Under the pieces are notes generated by a model. The model worked only from the letters and a program-made list of their open reading frames with translations, did not search any database and was not told the origin of the DNA. Positions 26,706-40,073 of a DNA stretch of 64,000 nucleotides are shown piece by piece (the first letter of the stretch is position 1; each line of letters starts with the position of its first letter). This DNA is from Balanoglossus misakiensis (Eukaryota; Animalia; Hemichordata): the NCBI GenBank assembly GCA_040954595.2, contig CM082577.2, positions 620,001-684,000 on the forward strand. Reading direction: 5' to 3'. Both the position numbers and the translations under genes were made by a program.

Positions 26706-29700
26706 ATGGCATTATTGAGAATTGTATCATCCAGAATTCGGCCGCGCTATTGCATTTCACGGATCTCGTCTACTGATAGAGTGCGCCAGTGTCGTTCGTC
26801 ACTGTTGAATTACAGTTTGGCAGCTCAACACCAAGATCAACAACAGAGTGGCAACATAAAACCATTCAGCGAGATTCCAGGAGATGGTTCAGACAGTTTT
26901 GTAGGGAGACTCTCCTACGCTTTGAAAGGTTGGCGAAAACGCGACCAAGAAAAGAAACCATGGGACACGTACAATGATCGGGAGAGAAAATATGGCAGTC
27001 TGTATAAGAGAGTCTTCGGAAATATGGCGATTGTGTACATATCCGACCCGAAAGATATCGAATATGTGTGTAAGAATGAAGGCAGATATCCAAGAAGATT
27101 TGACCAGCAATTTAACCTTGCTCGCCCTTGGCAGATGTATAAAAGAAAACGAAACCTTCCTTTTGGGCTTCTCACTTCGTAAGTAAAATATAAATATACT
27201 CTCAGGGCATTTTATTACACACACACATCACTCACTCACACACATATTTAGTTATCACATACATGTAGTACACGGATTTCCAATATTTTCAGCAATCAAA
27301 ATAAAAGCAGGCGAATAGTGCAAAGGTTATTGTGTTTGTCGTACTTCTGGTGTCAATAGCCAGAACTAATATCCGGGTACTTTTAAAAAATACAAAATGT
27401 ACCTCTTGAGGGCGCTTGTCATATTCATCAGTACTATCCAATTCAATGGTTACACGTCTTACAGGGATGATCTTGATTGGTTCCGTGGAAGGACAAATTT
27501 TAACAAGAAGATGATGAGGCCAATAGAGATGTCAAGATACGCTGAAGTTGTAAATGACACCATAAGCGATCTTCACAAAGAGATTCGTCGAGTTCGACAG
27601 GCTGATAATATGGTGGCCGATTTTCAATTGTTAGCAAATTTATGGACTGTTGAATGTAAGTAGGTGATATTAGTCGTGTAAATCGAAAATGATGACTAAC
27701 AGCACAAATGCTGTCACATTGACAGATAGGCATATATCAGTTTATATTTTTAAAATTAAAAATCCGAAGAAATAAATAAAGAAATAGGGGTCACAGCCTT
27801 ATAAGATACTTCTGACTTGCGTTTTACGTCAATACTGTTTTTTCTTCATAGCCGTTACAGCGATCTTATTCGACAAGCGACTTCATTTACTTGAAGCAAA
27901 TCCACCAGAAGAAGCCCTTAGATTCATTGGAGGGGTGCAGGATATATTGCAGACATCACCAGTCTTATTAAAGGTTCCTGCAAAGGTGCACGCTGCTTTT
28001 AGAACAACGATTTGGATGAGGCATGTCAGAGGCTGGGATGTGGTTTTCAAGAACGGTAAGGGTCTGGATAGAAAGTACGAGAGAGAGGGGGTGGTTTTCA
28101 AGCACGGTAAGACCGATATAAAAATTCGTTTGAACGTTGTTTCGACATTAAAAGGCAAGTTTCGGCAAATCGTGAAAATATTCGGTTACGTTGAATCTTT
28201 CCTATATGTACAGGTTATCACACATTCGACGTGAAATTATTACTGAGTATTTTCGAATTTCCATTACGGACATTGTATGTCCGCGACTACCATTGACATT
28301 GCATTGCTTCGTCTTCACTTTTTGTATGTCTTTTCTGACTGATGGCGTATCTCACGCCAAAACCTTTTCCTTGACTTTTCAACTACAACTGTCACTGTAA
28401 ATTACTGTGATCTTTATGTATTTAACGCTTCATGATTTCCACAGGAATCCAGAGCATCCAGGAAAAATATTCCCGACTCCAGTCACTGAAAGAGAAAGGA
28501 GAGCTACCTAGTCAAGAAGATTCGGATATCATTGATCATCTGTTGCTCTATGGGGATTTATCAATGGATGAAATCTATTCAAACATGTCTGAAATACTTA
28601 TTGGATCTGCTGATACGGTATATTAACATCCACGGGTTATACTAAATGTGGGCCCATAGATTTACTGGTGCGAGACAAGCAGAATCTTCTTCTTTTTTTC
28701 AGAAGAGGGACGTGACATGAAAGTTGTCGACACTTCAGTTATCACATTACGGTAGCTTGTGAGGTTCGTGTGGTTGTTTCATTCAAAATTCGTTTGACCG
28801 GGCGTGTACAGAGTGAAAGTTGTTTGCGACTGTTTACTTTGTCTCTCATGACGAACCTTTTTGTCCATTTTTTTTACGAAATGTTTGCACAAAGACTGTA
28901 AGTGCAGTACAATGGGCAATCTACAATCTTGCACTGAACCCAGAAAAACAGGAGATACTTCACGACGAAGTACGCAGAGCTGTTCTTCAGGGAGAAGTGG
29001 TTTCTTACAAGCATATCAAAAAGATACCATACGTCACAGCTGTCATCAAGGAAACAATGAGGTAAACATTATGGGTCTGATGATGATAATAATGGTGGCG
29101 GTGATGATGTTGGAAATCTTGGATGAAGATAAATGAAGTAATAAATAAAGATAGCTGTTTGCTAACATTTTGATCGTTTATTTCTGCTTTCAACAGATTG
29201 TTTCCTTTACTTCCTGGTACCACTCGTGTATTGGACAGCGACATAACGATTCAAGGCTACAACATTCCCGCTGGGGTAAGTTGTTTCTGTTCATAATGAT
29301 GAATCACCTACATTTCAGTAACGATATCAATTTTTTGGTTAACATAGTTATATACCGTTGTTGCTTGGAGAAAAACAAAGTACGCAAGGACGCCTGCCCG
29401 TTTTAATGTGAAGTTGACAGAAACACAGAAAAGGAACACCATTTTGATCATGGAATTTTCTTTCTCAAACTTTACAGACTCCGATCTTCATGTTGTTCCG
29501 TCAGACAAGTAGGAACCCCGCATACTTCCCAGAACCCTTAGCGTTCAAGCCGGAAAGATGGTTGAGGGGTGAAAAGGTTCCCGCCTTCACTACCATGCCT
29601 TTCGGTTTTGGACCAAGAATGTGTGTTGGTAAGAAAACTTTGCTGCCTTAACCACGTAAACGTTTATTTCATAATTGCCTGTTATAACAATAAAAAAACA

Positions 29701-30322
29701 CAAAATGACCATAAAATCAATAAAGTCTTTCCTGTTATTTTTCAGGAAAACGGATCGCTTTTTTGAAACTTCAGCTCCTTCTTGCCAGGGTAAGTAGACA
29801 TTTTAAGATGTAAATTATTTACAGTCTTGTTCGAAACAACTGCCATGAGCATGCGCAAGAGGAGGATCATTTTTGGTCTTGTTTTGATCGACTTCTATAT
29901 TCAGTCCCAGAAGGCATTCGGTCCAGTGGCAAAGGTAACAAACTCACCGGCAGTGAGAGGATTGTGAGTTTGAGACCAATGTATGGCCGTGGTGTAGTGC
30001 CTTACTTGCAGATTGAGTGAGGCACTTCACTCTCGTTGCTTCTCCATTACCCAAAGGAAGTATGTACCTCATCTTGTAATTGGAATCTCTCTAGTTGGAT
30101 GAGGAATAGAATAAATAAAAAAAGTTTTGCTTCATTTAACATTACCAGTAACAATAGGTTTAGATTTGCTCAGCAAAGCACATAATATAACGGATACATG
30201 CTATCTTAACTTTACAGCTATCCCAAGATTTCTTCATTGAAAAGACAGAAAATATTGAACCAACTCTAGAAATGGTAACATTGCCGGACAAACCTCTTAA
30301 CCCAAGATTTATCGACAGGTAA
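26706..30322 (+). CDS. Cytochrome P450, mitochondrial clan (CYP24/27-like), 9 exons, about 528 aa
   Basis: Exons 26706-27178, 27465-27655, 27852-28055, 28445-28617, 28895-29061, 29197-29275, 29478-29628, 29746-29789, 30218-30322 (1587 nt). Arg/Ser-rich presequence then KPFSEIPG; EGRYPRR; WxxxR (WFRGR); I-helix GSADT; KETMR; FKPERW; heme motif [11 protein letters not shown]. Confidence 0.93.
29913..30100 (+). mobile_element. Degenerate tRNA-derived SINE-like remnant in P450 intron 8
   Basis: A-box-like ggtccagtggcaaagg, B-box-like gagtttgagacc, then a SINE-core-like gaggcacttcactctcgttgcttctcc. A related gtgtccttgagcaagac motif lies near 54872. Confidence 0.3.
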
Positions 30323-31523
30323 TCTCCGTGTGTACAACTAAAGAGCTACGTTCCCACATTTACAAAAATATAGCGCACAGAAAAAAACACATAAAATAAC
30401 AATCTTTGACAGGATTCAAAATTGTTAAAGTATATGTTGATTACAAGGAAACTCAGAAACGGAAACCATCGCAGAATAATCTGCGTGTGCGCACGCAGCA
30501 GGGAAGAAATACTCACGTGCAACCAACATTCGTAATCATAGAACATTTTTATACGAGCATCGAAATAATTATATGGCAGTAAGCTTTGGGTAATTATTTT
30601 TCTATTCCCTAGTATTTTGGCATTTATTTCCATGGAGAACAATAAATATGTAGATGCTTTGGCCATAGGCAACGTTTTATGAAATAGATAAATCCCCAAA
30701 ACATCTCGATGTGCATGTACCGAATGAAAACACGCACGTTTCATTTTCTAATCAGAAGCTGAGCAATTTGCCGGCGATGCTATTTAACTAGGGAAATTTA
30801 CGGCTGTATATCGAATAGATGGAATAAAACACAAGCATTTCTCGTTGAAACGAAATACGGTGAATTATTCATCCCCAGGTAATAAGAATTTTCTTCCGTT
30901 CATGTATATTTCATAGCGTGTATTGTTTATGATTCGTTGGGTATTGTTAAAGCAGCGTTCCTTGGAGACTCAAGTTTGTTGATTACAGCGAAAATTAGAT
31001 TTCCATTTTCATTACGTCGCACGCCACTTTGGACGCTGGAAACGAATAGGAAATGAGATTCGAGTTGGCATTCCCCGGAATTAGCTGGCGCATTACTCTA
31101 TGGCAATTTCATGCAATTATCGTGCTTCTATTACTTTTCTTTAGTCTCAATGCCCTTTACTCAAGCACCGTGTCAGCGATTTACAATACTTGTGCAAATT
31201 AACTGTCTAACAAGGCAATAGTCTCTTTTAATACACGTCGATTACCGAACGCCGTGTAGCTATCGGCGATTTGTGTTCGGAATCGTTTCCAAAATATGTG
31301 GGCATGTCCCCGTGATCGTCTGCAACTGGCCACGCGTGACGAATGCGTTTCACCAACCCGAGGAGAAAGAACTTAAAAGTGAGCGGGCGGTTGGCATTTG
31401 CATTTTGGACAAGAGGCGTGGTCGCTACACTCAAACCTATCCGAACAATCCTGTAGGCTGTTCAGAGGCTCAGCTCAAACGCTACACTGAAACTTTGAAA
31501 CATACAACGGGCGCCTAACCAAG

Positions 31524-34500
31524 ATGCTACCCGCGACATTGTCTTTGATTGTCCTGTCTTTGCTGGTCCGGTCATCAGCAATTTCTGCGACCGATCTATC
31601 GACCGACCAAGAATACGAAGATATACTCATCAGTATTTTAGACTCTTTGGATAAAAGTGTGAATTACTTGAGCGGTCAGTACAAAGACGTGAACGCCGAT
31701 GCTGTTCTGGGTCTGCGAATGGCTGAAGGTAATCCTCAGCTTTTTTTCTTCTGTTCTTTTCTATGACTTTGCAATTTTATTATTCCATATTTAATGCACT
31801 TCTATTTTCTGGGCGACCGTTATTCCACTTTATATCGACAGTATCAGACATCGTCAAACTTTTTATAGAATTTTATTAACCCCTAAACTTATTTTAAAGA
31901 TGCCGCTTTAACGCCTCGAGACGTACATAACCACATAGTTTCCTGACCGATAGAACTTGCATTTATAAGGAGTTGCTTTCTACAGAATTTTTGCAGTTAC
32001 GAACTTTATTTTGTGAATACGTTATATAGGCTTTCGTACATTTCGATATTTTGCCAGAAACAGGTCAGTTTCGTCTCAGGTTTCGCTAAAAACATTGAGT
32101 TTTTTCTTCTAGGTTTAAATTATGTTCAAATCTACAATTTTATCATAAAAGAAAAAAATATTATAGTGTTAGGTATTTATTACAGACTCATGTGACACAC
32201 TGAAATATTACTGATAGTAACAAACTATCGGCGAATTTACGTTGGCAGCGTTGTAGCAGGATTCGATGATAAGTTTGAATGCAATATAGGTTGTTTTAAA
32301 CTTGCACAAATTGTACCAAAATTGGCAGGTTTACCCACGCAGTGTGTATTTGACATTATATGGTGTGGCAAGGGAACGCGGGTACTTAGATTCATGACAG
32401 TGATAATTGGTGTTCATGCTTTAACGGTGAACATTTTAATAAGATAAAAAAGCTAAATCTTTCTCAGGCGCTCCTCCTCTGTTTGCGACTCGGTTTGTGG
32501 CGATACCATCTTGACTGCTCTACAATCGCACCTCTGGAAATCAAAGAAAAATGTCAAAAAGATGTCAAAAAACAGCGAGAAGCGTCTTGTGTTAAATGTC
32601 ATAGAAATGACCTATCGGATGACTTCGTTTTCAGAAGAAATAGCTTCGCAAAAACATTAGGGGAAAAACTTTTGAGAGAACCTCGCAAAGATGACTTGTC
32701 CGAGTCTCTGCAACGAACGTTGTGTCGGCACATCGACAATCTACACTCAAAACACATCTGCTCAATTTCTAGCGTCTATATCTTCCCGTGGGCAATTCGT
32801 CTTTAATGCGGCGTTTCTACGATGAGAGATTGCCGAGTTTCGATTAGGACATGGTGATTTATGCGTTTATCCTCAACGGGCCTAGATGGGGTGCCGCAGG
32901 CAGTGTCATCCCACGTTTGTAGAGATGACCACAAGAGACACATTTGAACTTCAATTAGTAGAACGTAGACAGGAAGATTGCGAACATCCAAACATGAAGA
33001 AAACGACCAGTTTGAGTAATCCGGGACTTTAGTTTCTAACATGTGGATTTTCTGGTGGGGGGGGGGGGGGTGTCTGTACCACAAAAGACATGTAAAGGCA
33101 ACATACATGTAGTTCAGTAATCAGAAGTGGGATTTAAACGTACAATAAACTGTGTGGGGGTATACGGCTACGTCATTCCCCATATGAATGTTCGATGGAT
33201 GGATGGAAAGTAGTGTTACGATTGTACTACGAATGCATATAATTTAAATATCAGTGGTGGATGAACAATAAGGGTGTACGTCATTAACATAGCGTTAGCT
33301 GTAGTAGCCGAACACCTGTGTATTTTGAATATTACGTTAGGCTTTTTGATTTTTGACTCTCGGCAACGTCAGTCAAGTGGCGTGAGCCGACCAGAAAACA
33401 GACAAGTTGAGCTCGGCCATGAGCGACGGGGACTGGAATCTTGTAATCCACGTGGGAGCTCGGTGTTGAAGTTCAGCATGTCGGGTATGTCCTGTTGGTT
33501 TGAATTCAGCGTTGCTCTCGGACTTAAAATGCATGTCTACGCCAGCAACCGTGAGTGAAGTGAACCTGTTACTTTCTTCTGAGAGGACTTCAGGAAAGAA
33601 CTGTGTGAGAAAGCAGCACGCCAGCGTGAACCATCGTCGGGTCGGTGCGGAGAACTCACGGAACACTGAATTATCGCGTCCGCTCACGACGTGTGTAATA
33701 TTACCACGGAACTGATACAAGTTTCTTGAGGACATTACAATATTTCAGTAAGAACCCTAGTAACATTTAAGTTTCAGTGCTTGTACTATGATATTATTTT
33801 TCTTCCTGTGACAAATAGATTCGCAGTGAAACATATAACTTTGGGTGTACTGTGTATCATTGTTGTTGCTGTCTGGGTGTTTGTGTTGCGAGTTTTTGGT
33901 TCGTAACAGTAGAAAAGACACTCCGTTTAAGGATAAATAGTAAACTTTCTTTCTTCAAGGATTTCTTCTACAATGAGCGTGGCATACAAGACTCAAGACG
34001 TTCATCACTTTGGTCGATTTGTCTAGCAACTTGATGTTGCAGGCGCATCAATATCGTCTGCCCCACACAGTTCAAATAAGCCTCGACATGCACTCGATGC
34101 ACATCGGTGTTTGGGGATGAGGATAGAATCAAATCGATTTGCGCGATGGACGCAAGCTGGAAGCCCAGCATACAATGGCCAGGGGGTTGGAAATCAGCAG
34201 GTAATTACATGTCACGAAAATAAGTCAACGAATAAGATTTGAATGATCACAACGAGAAAACAAGAGACGCTCTCTGACATACAACTCGAGTTCATCAGCT
34301 CGAGAACTTGATAGGTTTTGATTAGAATTTTGTCGGGAGACATCTGGGGTTAGGAGTATGTTCACGTGTGGTCAGTCCTGCTCTCGGCTTTAATCGCAAT
34401 GATTTGAACGGGCAAACATGCATCAAATGACCGTCGTATGCGAAAAACTTCGATGAACTTCGAAGTAAATTTAAGAGAAAAGGGTCAAAGGTGACGAACG

Positions 34501-37500
34501 TCATCTGTCCGGCTTTTTCACATCTTAATTTTCCACTCAAATTTGAATGGCAGACTTTAAGTCTGTTTGCCAATAACGTAGATTAAGCGAATGAATTTCA
34601 CATCAACATGGCGCGAACTCTGTCTCGCCTACACGCGAATCTCGCCCGGAGAGATGACTTCGGCCCATACGTTATTCGGTAATCACTGACATCATTCACA
34701 ATTGCGTGCATTAAGGTTGGCTACAGTCCTGACGACAGTCAGAATTTTGTTTGCTCTCAAATTGTCGCAACTCCGAGTAGTCCGTTTAGTGACACGTTGA
34801 ATAAACATAAAACTCACATACAGGTGCTGCATGGCTTGAGGAAAGTAATTGTAAACCTATGCTGGTTAGCACTGCTGTGCGTCTTGCCGACATGAGCGAT
34901 TGTCGTGACGTCGCTGATTCGGAATTTCAAATCGACCATCGACGCTTTTAAAAACATGGCAGTGTCAAAGTTCCACAGAAACAGCTGATAATATCGTTGC
35001 CACACTCAAGAACTTTACGTCAAAGAGAAGTTCCGAGCGAAACTTGTCACAGGAATCTACATTCGCACAACTTCTCCTGATATCACAGGTGCCAACAGCC
35101 ACGGTTATTCACTCCCATTTGCAGAGTGTCCTAACAATTTATTGCCTGTTTTCCATGGCAATGTTAAAAGTGTGACACATATACTTTCGGATCTGAAATG
35201 CGCTTTCACGTAGATACGGACATGGATGAGCCCATTCAAAATAAAATTGAAAATAAATACAAAATTACAGAAAAAAGTTGCATAGTTTCCATCTTGTGAG
35301 ATATGTTCGGATAAACCGTCACAGAAACAACTTAATCTTTAAAATATCATAACATAGACGATAACGATATGCATTTAGAGTCCATCGACCAACTGCTAAA
35401 GGTCCCAACACGCCGATGGGACGGTCCGTTGCTGATTAGGCCTCTGCGGTGAACACGTGATATTAAGCAATCAGGGTGTCTGCAGGGACGGGATCATTTG
35501 TAATGATTTAGAAAAATAGCGGACAGGCAAATCAATTGTTATGTTATCAAATATTTGAAGCAGAATAAATCACACTCTCTGGGCATCATCTTTCCACGCC
35601 GTGGATGCACGTGTGTCGGTTCCTAAAATGTGTTGTTATCACACTTTCCTTTCCCCCCACAAAGTGATTGAAGTGTGAATTATCGCCACCTGTCTGTGTT
35701 TGATAAGTTCGGCTATGCTGTGCAATTACCTTCAATTTGAGGTTAATTTTTGTGGTTTTTTACTCTGATGTTAGTAATACATGTGCAGATTAGAGGTGGA
35801 ATGAAAAGTTTCGAGATCGCTGGCACGCGTGTGCTCCGGTGTTTGCGGCTTATGGCTCAGAGTTGTTTTGGTGTATTGTTTTTCGTGGTTAAAACCTAAT
35901 TGTTGACCCGTCTCAGAAATGCTAAACTATTCCGGACCCACACTAATTTCTGAGGTAAATTATACCCTCTTTGGTCAAATTTGGTCTATGCGTGATGGCG
36001 GTGGTCAACCTGACATCACACCAATGCGTTGCGATTAAAAATCTCTACATGTAAGGATTACTGCGACAAAATAATGAAATCTAAATTGAAGTAAGTGAAG
36101 GACAATTAACGTTAACTTTTATACTTGGAAACTCAATTATCTAAAATAGACACTTTGAATCGAGTTCGTGATTTGAAAGTGTGTGTGACCACGCCGCGAC
36201 ACCTGCATGTAACCATGCATTGCGTGTTCATTGGACTAGTGTATTAAAGGCCAACGGCTGGTTTCGATTCATTAAATTGAGGACGGACCAATCAAGGCAA
36301 TTTAGTCAGGTGGCTTTTGATGCTCCATTAGCAATTGCAACTTGGGTTTTATCGATTACTTTAAACGATCTAGGCGATACTTAATGTTCACTTAAACGTT
36401 ATCCAGCGTTAATTGGGTGCCAGTCCGCACACATTTCGGATGGTGCTTTAAAGGCGGTGAATCAAAACGCATTCTCTCAGTGATTCGCCATGGACACTGG
36501 CAAAAAATTCAACACTAAATGTATCATTATACGCAAATTTATACTTTTCCAGTTTCAATACACTTGGGAGTTAAACTCCTTTTCTTGAAGTTCATGGCCC
36601 CTGAAATACGCATAAGTAAGTGCCGTGTTTAGAATACATGTTTGAATTCATAAGGTTCTTCCTTTTGAATGAATGTCAGTGTTCATACACAGAGACCTTT
36701 AACCCATAGGAACTACAGAAAACCACGGAGACAAGAGGATAGAGGGCCTATTGGTCCTTAGCAAATTAAAACTGTTGTTGATATTTTGCTTTCCGTCTTT
36801 TACAGGTCAACTTGGCGTACTCCTGAATAGAATAGAAAACGACAAATTCATACCTCCAATACATCAAAGCACGTTTGAGAAAATTCAACTCATCCATGAA
36901 AAGATGGCGTTTCTAGGCGACGCTATTTTGCCCGAACTGATGACCTCTGACCCCGAACAAGCGCTATGTGAGTATATGTTGACGAGGTTAAGCTCGAGTC
37001 TCTCGGAGTTACCCCTTCAAAAGCCCCCACTTGTCTCTCAAGATGTTCCCACCCACACCAAAACGATTTTCTCTCAAGAATTTAGGTTCTGTTATTGCAC
37101 AGCCAGCATACTACTTAAACCTCAACAACAACCATTTACGTCACAAATACTCAAGGTGTATTAAAAGTCGAACGTTAGACAGTTTTCGTGATTGAGGAGT
37201 AGAAGCAGAAATTGCATTTGATACACACAGAGCAAAATCATTAAATGAAATCGCTGGAGCAGAACGTTATCGCGTCGCTTCTCACCAATAAATCATTGCG
37301 GAACTGCGGCAGATATGATATCATTTAATAAAGCTTACGAAAATGTTCTGCTAGTCCTTAAACATTTCATCTCATTATTCCCATTTTTTGTTCAAGCGAA
37401 AATACAAAAACGGGACATTCAAATCCGTGACACGCTTCTGTATTGTTCGGAAGAACTGTAAAAAGCCATGAATATTTCATGTAGTTAAATGGCAACTTGA

Positions 37501-38787
37501 TCAGATTTGGATCGTAACGGTTTGGATGATTTCCCACTTGACTAGAAGTGAAAACAACACGTCTTAGTGTCAGGATGTAGCATGCGGGGAAATTAGAAAG
37601 TGATTTTGGCTTTCAAGGTGAAGGATTAATACATAATAGAAAATTGGAATAATTAAGCTCGCGAATGTAATATTTTGTTGTGAGTATGAAGTGAATATGT
37701 GATTGTGTCTTCATCAGATCTGAGCAAGACCTTGCGCAAGGGATTTTGGGAAATCCATTCCCCGAGTAGGAAGGTCGACAGAAGTCTTACTGTAGAATCT
37801 ATCGTCAGTGGGGAGTTCTTGGACGAGGATGCAACGGACGCTTGTGTGAGAGAACTACTGGGAACGAGGTTGGTATATCCTACGTCTCTCGACACTTCCA
37901 TATGATAACTACTAACGTTTTGTGATGAATACGGTTGTTTATAAAATAAGCGCGTGATCTCCTCTTCCACGTAATCAATTATTTTTAAATCATCAAGGTC
38001 CACTGGGGGCGCTGTATGATGACGAAAACTTACATGAAATATTGCAGGACTTTTCAACTATTTCTCGCGAAGATTTATTGTGACTATCTTGTCGATAATT
38101 TTAAAACTGAACTTTTTGATCGTCTTTTATGAAAAATACGATTTCTGAAGACTAACTTTCACCTGTCTACAATTTTCCCAAACAGCGCCGATGGTTCACC
38201 ACCGTGTACTATATCTGACACTTGCATCAAGGTGATGACGACACCTGGATATAGAATGTACACCCTAGCTCACCAAGTATTCTACCTGGAAGTGGCTCAA
38301 CAGGTCAGAGGTCAACCCTAGCATACTTGAAATAATGTTAATGGTCCAAAGTATTTTTTTTTTTTGGGAAAATGGAAGATTTTCTGTGAAATTTATCCTT
38401 GAAATTCCTGAGTATGCTGTTACACCCAAGGTGTTTGGTTTTCCTTAATCCGGAGTATTGCAGCACTTTCCACTACAATTTTAGAAGAAGTTTTGTTATC
38501 AATTTGTAGAATGGAATTGATACCACCGACTCCATATCGATTACTTTAAATAATTTTGTCTATCTTTCATTTCCGACATCGACAGGCCGGGTGTGCCCTG
38601 GAAACTGTTCTACGCATGCGTGAGGATGGCATCGACGTTGATCCCAATGTCATGATGAACACTTTCTGTACAAATATGTTGAATGAAGCTGAGGGTATTG
38701 CCAAAGATGGATATCCAAGTGAAAAGCAAGATTTGTTCATGGAACAAGGTAAGCTGTCAGACTAACCATGGATAAAGAAATACATGA

Positions 38788-38821
<34 letters not shown>

Positions 38822-40073
38822 CCAGAAGACATAAAAGAATGGGTGGAGAAAATCAGAAATTTCAAAATAAATATATCTATTTTCCATGTAATATAATGTG
38901 CATTTTTCTACATACAAATTTAAACGACTCATTTAAAGCTTTGCTCTAGACCAGTTCCAGTTAAATTAAGAAATTCAAGCGATAATTTAACCAACCAATA
39001 TATATTTTAATAATACGCCATATTAATAAAAGCAAACCACAAGCGCTGGTCCAAGTTGCGCAACTGTTACTACTTAAATTCACAAAATAACGATTTCAAA
39101 ATGTTACGTAAATGTCTCTCGCCGTAATTTGTATCAGAAAATTATTTCGTCAGACTGCTGGAAAATGAGAGCTCAGTACGACTTAATCTGTGAAATTTTG
39201 TATAACTATATTAAATTCCATGCTAACATTTCAAATATTAGTAACTCTTTAGTGGAAAAGATAGCCGAGCCGACGCAAATAATTCGTTCTTGATATTTTT
39301 GTGTGTTTGTCACGTGCACTAGGCTTATTGTGCGGATTGGATGGCTATCGGGCATTCTACCGCTCTGATTGGCTGGAGGCCATTCTGACCTGGCAAGATC
39401 CCAGCGGCTGTTATAAAGGTGGTTACACGTCAGACTTCGCCCACAAAGGTTTGTTTTTATTCGTCCTACACTAATTTCTCTCTCACAGGGCGCCTTTCAT
39501 TCCTTTCCGGCGACCGCAGTTTCAAATGTTAATACCCGCTGCTTTCCTCTGATCCCCAACTGAAATTGGAATTGATCAAATTAAAGAACAGGAAATTAAT
39601 TAATATTTTAGAGGATAATATTACCAAGGCATTGCACAGTAAGATGGAAGATTTTAACTGAATGTCGTTAATATTTTATTCTTACTAGAAGACAACAACG
39701 GCAGGCAGGAGAGAAGCGTGAAAAGAAGAGAGAGGATCTTGAACGGTGGGTTTTAATACATCGGTATATTTTTGTTTTATTGTCTTTCGTGCTTCATAAT
39801 CAACGGCTGAATTTTCCTTCTTTTCACGAAAAAGTTGGGCATAATTTAAGAGTAATTAACACTCGTGTAATGTCAGTGACATCCATACATTCAGTCTGTG
39901 CTCGCTCATGAATATTCATCAGGCTTTTGTGTCGCCTGTCACCTGTTCTGAAACTATGCCTTACCACGAATCCGTCCAATTCTGTTGCAGATGGTTGCTC
40001 CTCACACAAGACCGCCGTAGCAATAGGGGTTCTTAGTGGTTATGTACGATTTATAATGGAAGCCATGATTTAG
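31524..40073 (+). CDS. C16orf89: UPF0764 / C16orf89-like secreted protein, 8 exons, about 354 aa
   Basis: Exons 31524-31728, 36806-36967, 37718-37868, 38186-38303, 38586-38748, 39323-39448, 39689-39745, 39991-40073 (1065 nt). Signal peptide; DVNADAVLGLRMAEGQL; YTLAHQVFY; DLFMEQGLLCGLDGY...WLEAILTWQDPSGCY; SVKRRERILNDGCSSHKTAVA. Confidence 0.88.
37999..38014 (+). promoter_or_regulatory. CTCF-like binding motif
   Basis: tccactgggggcgctg matches the CTCF core CCAC(Y)(A/G)G(R)GGGCGC. Confidence 0.35.
38788..38821. repeat. (GACA)n microsatellite
   Basis: acagacagacag... in an intron. Confidence 0.9.
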
